A stretch of DNA of 64,000 nt. It comes from Malacoraja senta. Its lineage: Eukaryota. The translations under genes and the position numbers were made by a program. Positions 63,670 to 64,000 of this stretch are shown piece by piece. The notes under the pieces were generated by a model. It saw only the letters and a list, made by a program, of their open reading frames with translations, was not told where the DNA came from and made no database searches. Numbering within the stretch: the stretch's first letter is position 1; every line of letters begins with the position of its first letter. The stretch is taken from positions 7,690,001 to 7,754,000 of the forward strand of contig CM075991.1 in the NCBI GenBank assembly GCA_038087875.1. The letters are read 5' to 3'.

Positions 63670-64000
63670 GTAAGGGGGCAATGCAATGGATATATTGTCA
63701 TTTGGTGGAAGGCGGGGAGGAAATGCATTGTACTGCCACAGTCTGCACCTTGTATGGTTTTGGTCTGTTAAGTTCAGTCAATGGTAAGAAGTGGCAATCT
63801 GATCCTGTCACTTGTAAAGGCAGTTCCACTCACGCCCTCTGCTATCACCTTGCTTCCCCTTACTCCTGCCTCGCTCGTTTCATCCAGGACCAAGTTTTCA
63901 AAAAAATACTGCATAATTTCAGAATAGAGAGAAAATAATAGTTTTTGTTTTGCATATGTGTTGCTAAAATTAAAAAAATACACTCGTATGGAAATAGAAG

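Noticed and set aside
63119..63938. 184-aa and 261-aa ORFs over the CpG island
   Set aside because: They are likely stop-poor GC-rich artefacts that read through a strong splice donor; only the short signal-peptide segment is plausible.

Overview
This is repeat-saturated vertebrate genomic DNA, most likely from a skate or ray (inferred from HE1 V-SINEs, HER1-like CR1 LINEs and SacSINE1-like DeuSINEs). Most of the window is intergenic or intronic and filled with mobile elements. These include two young, near-identical CR1 copies in inverted orientation, dozens of Penelope/Neptune-like pLTR fragments with a hammerhead-ribozyme core (often as palindromes with 10-15 bp TSDs), HE1 SINEs, Rex1/Babar, L1 and L2 3' ends, seven Harbinger-type MITEs, one hAT MITE and one unclassified TIR element. 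The only host-gene signal is a CpG-rich promoter with a probable signal-peptide exon in the last ~800 bp; I cannot name the gene. The most notable leads are a teleost-like L2 integrated into native repeats (possible horizontal transfer), the hammerhead-bearing mini-Penelope units, and a TIR element with an atypical TSD. Family assignments rest on recognising motifs and consensus sequences, not on database searches. Boundaries without a TSD are approximate.
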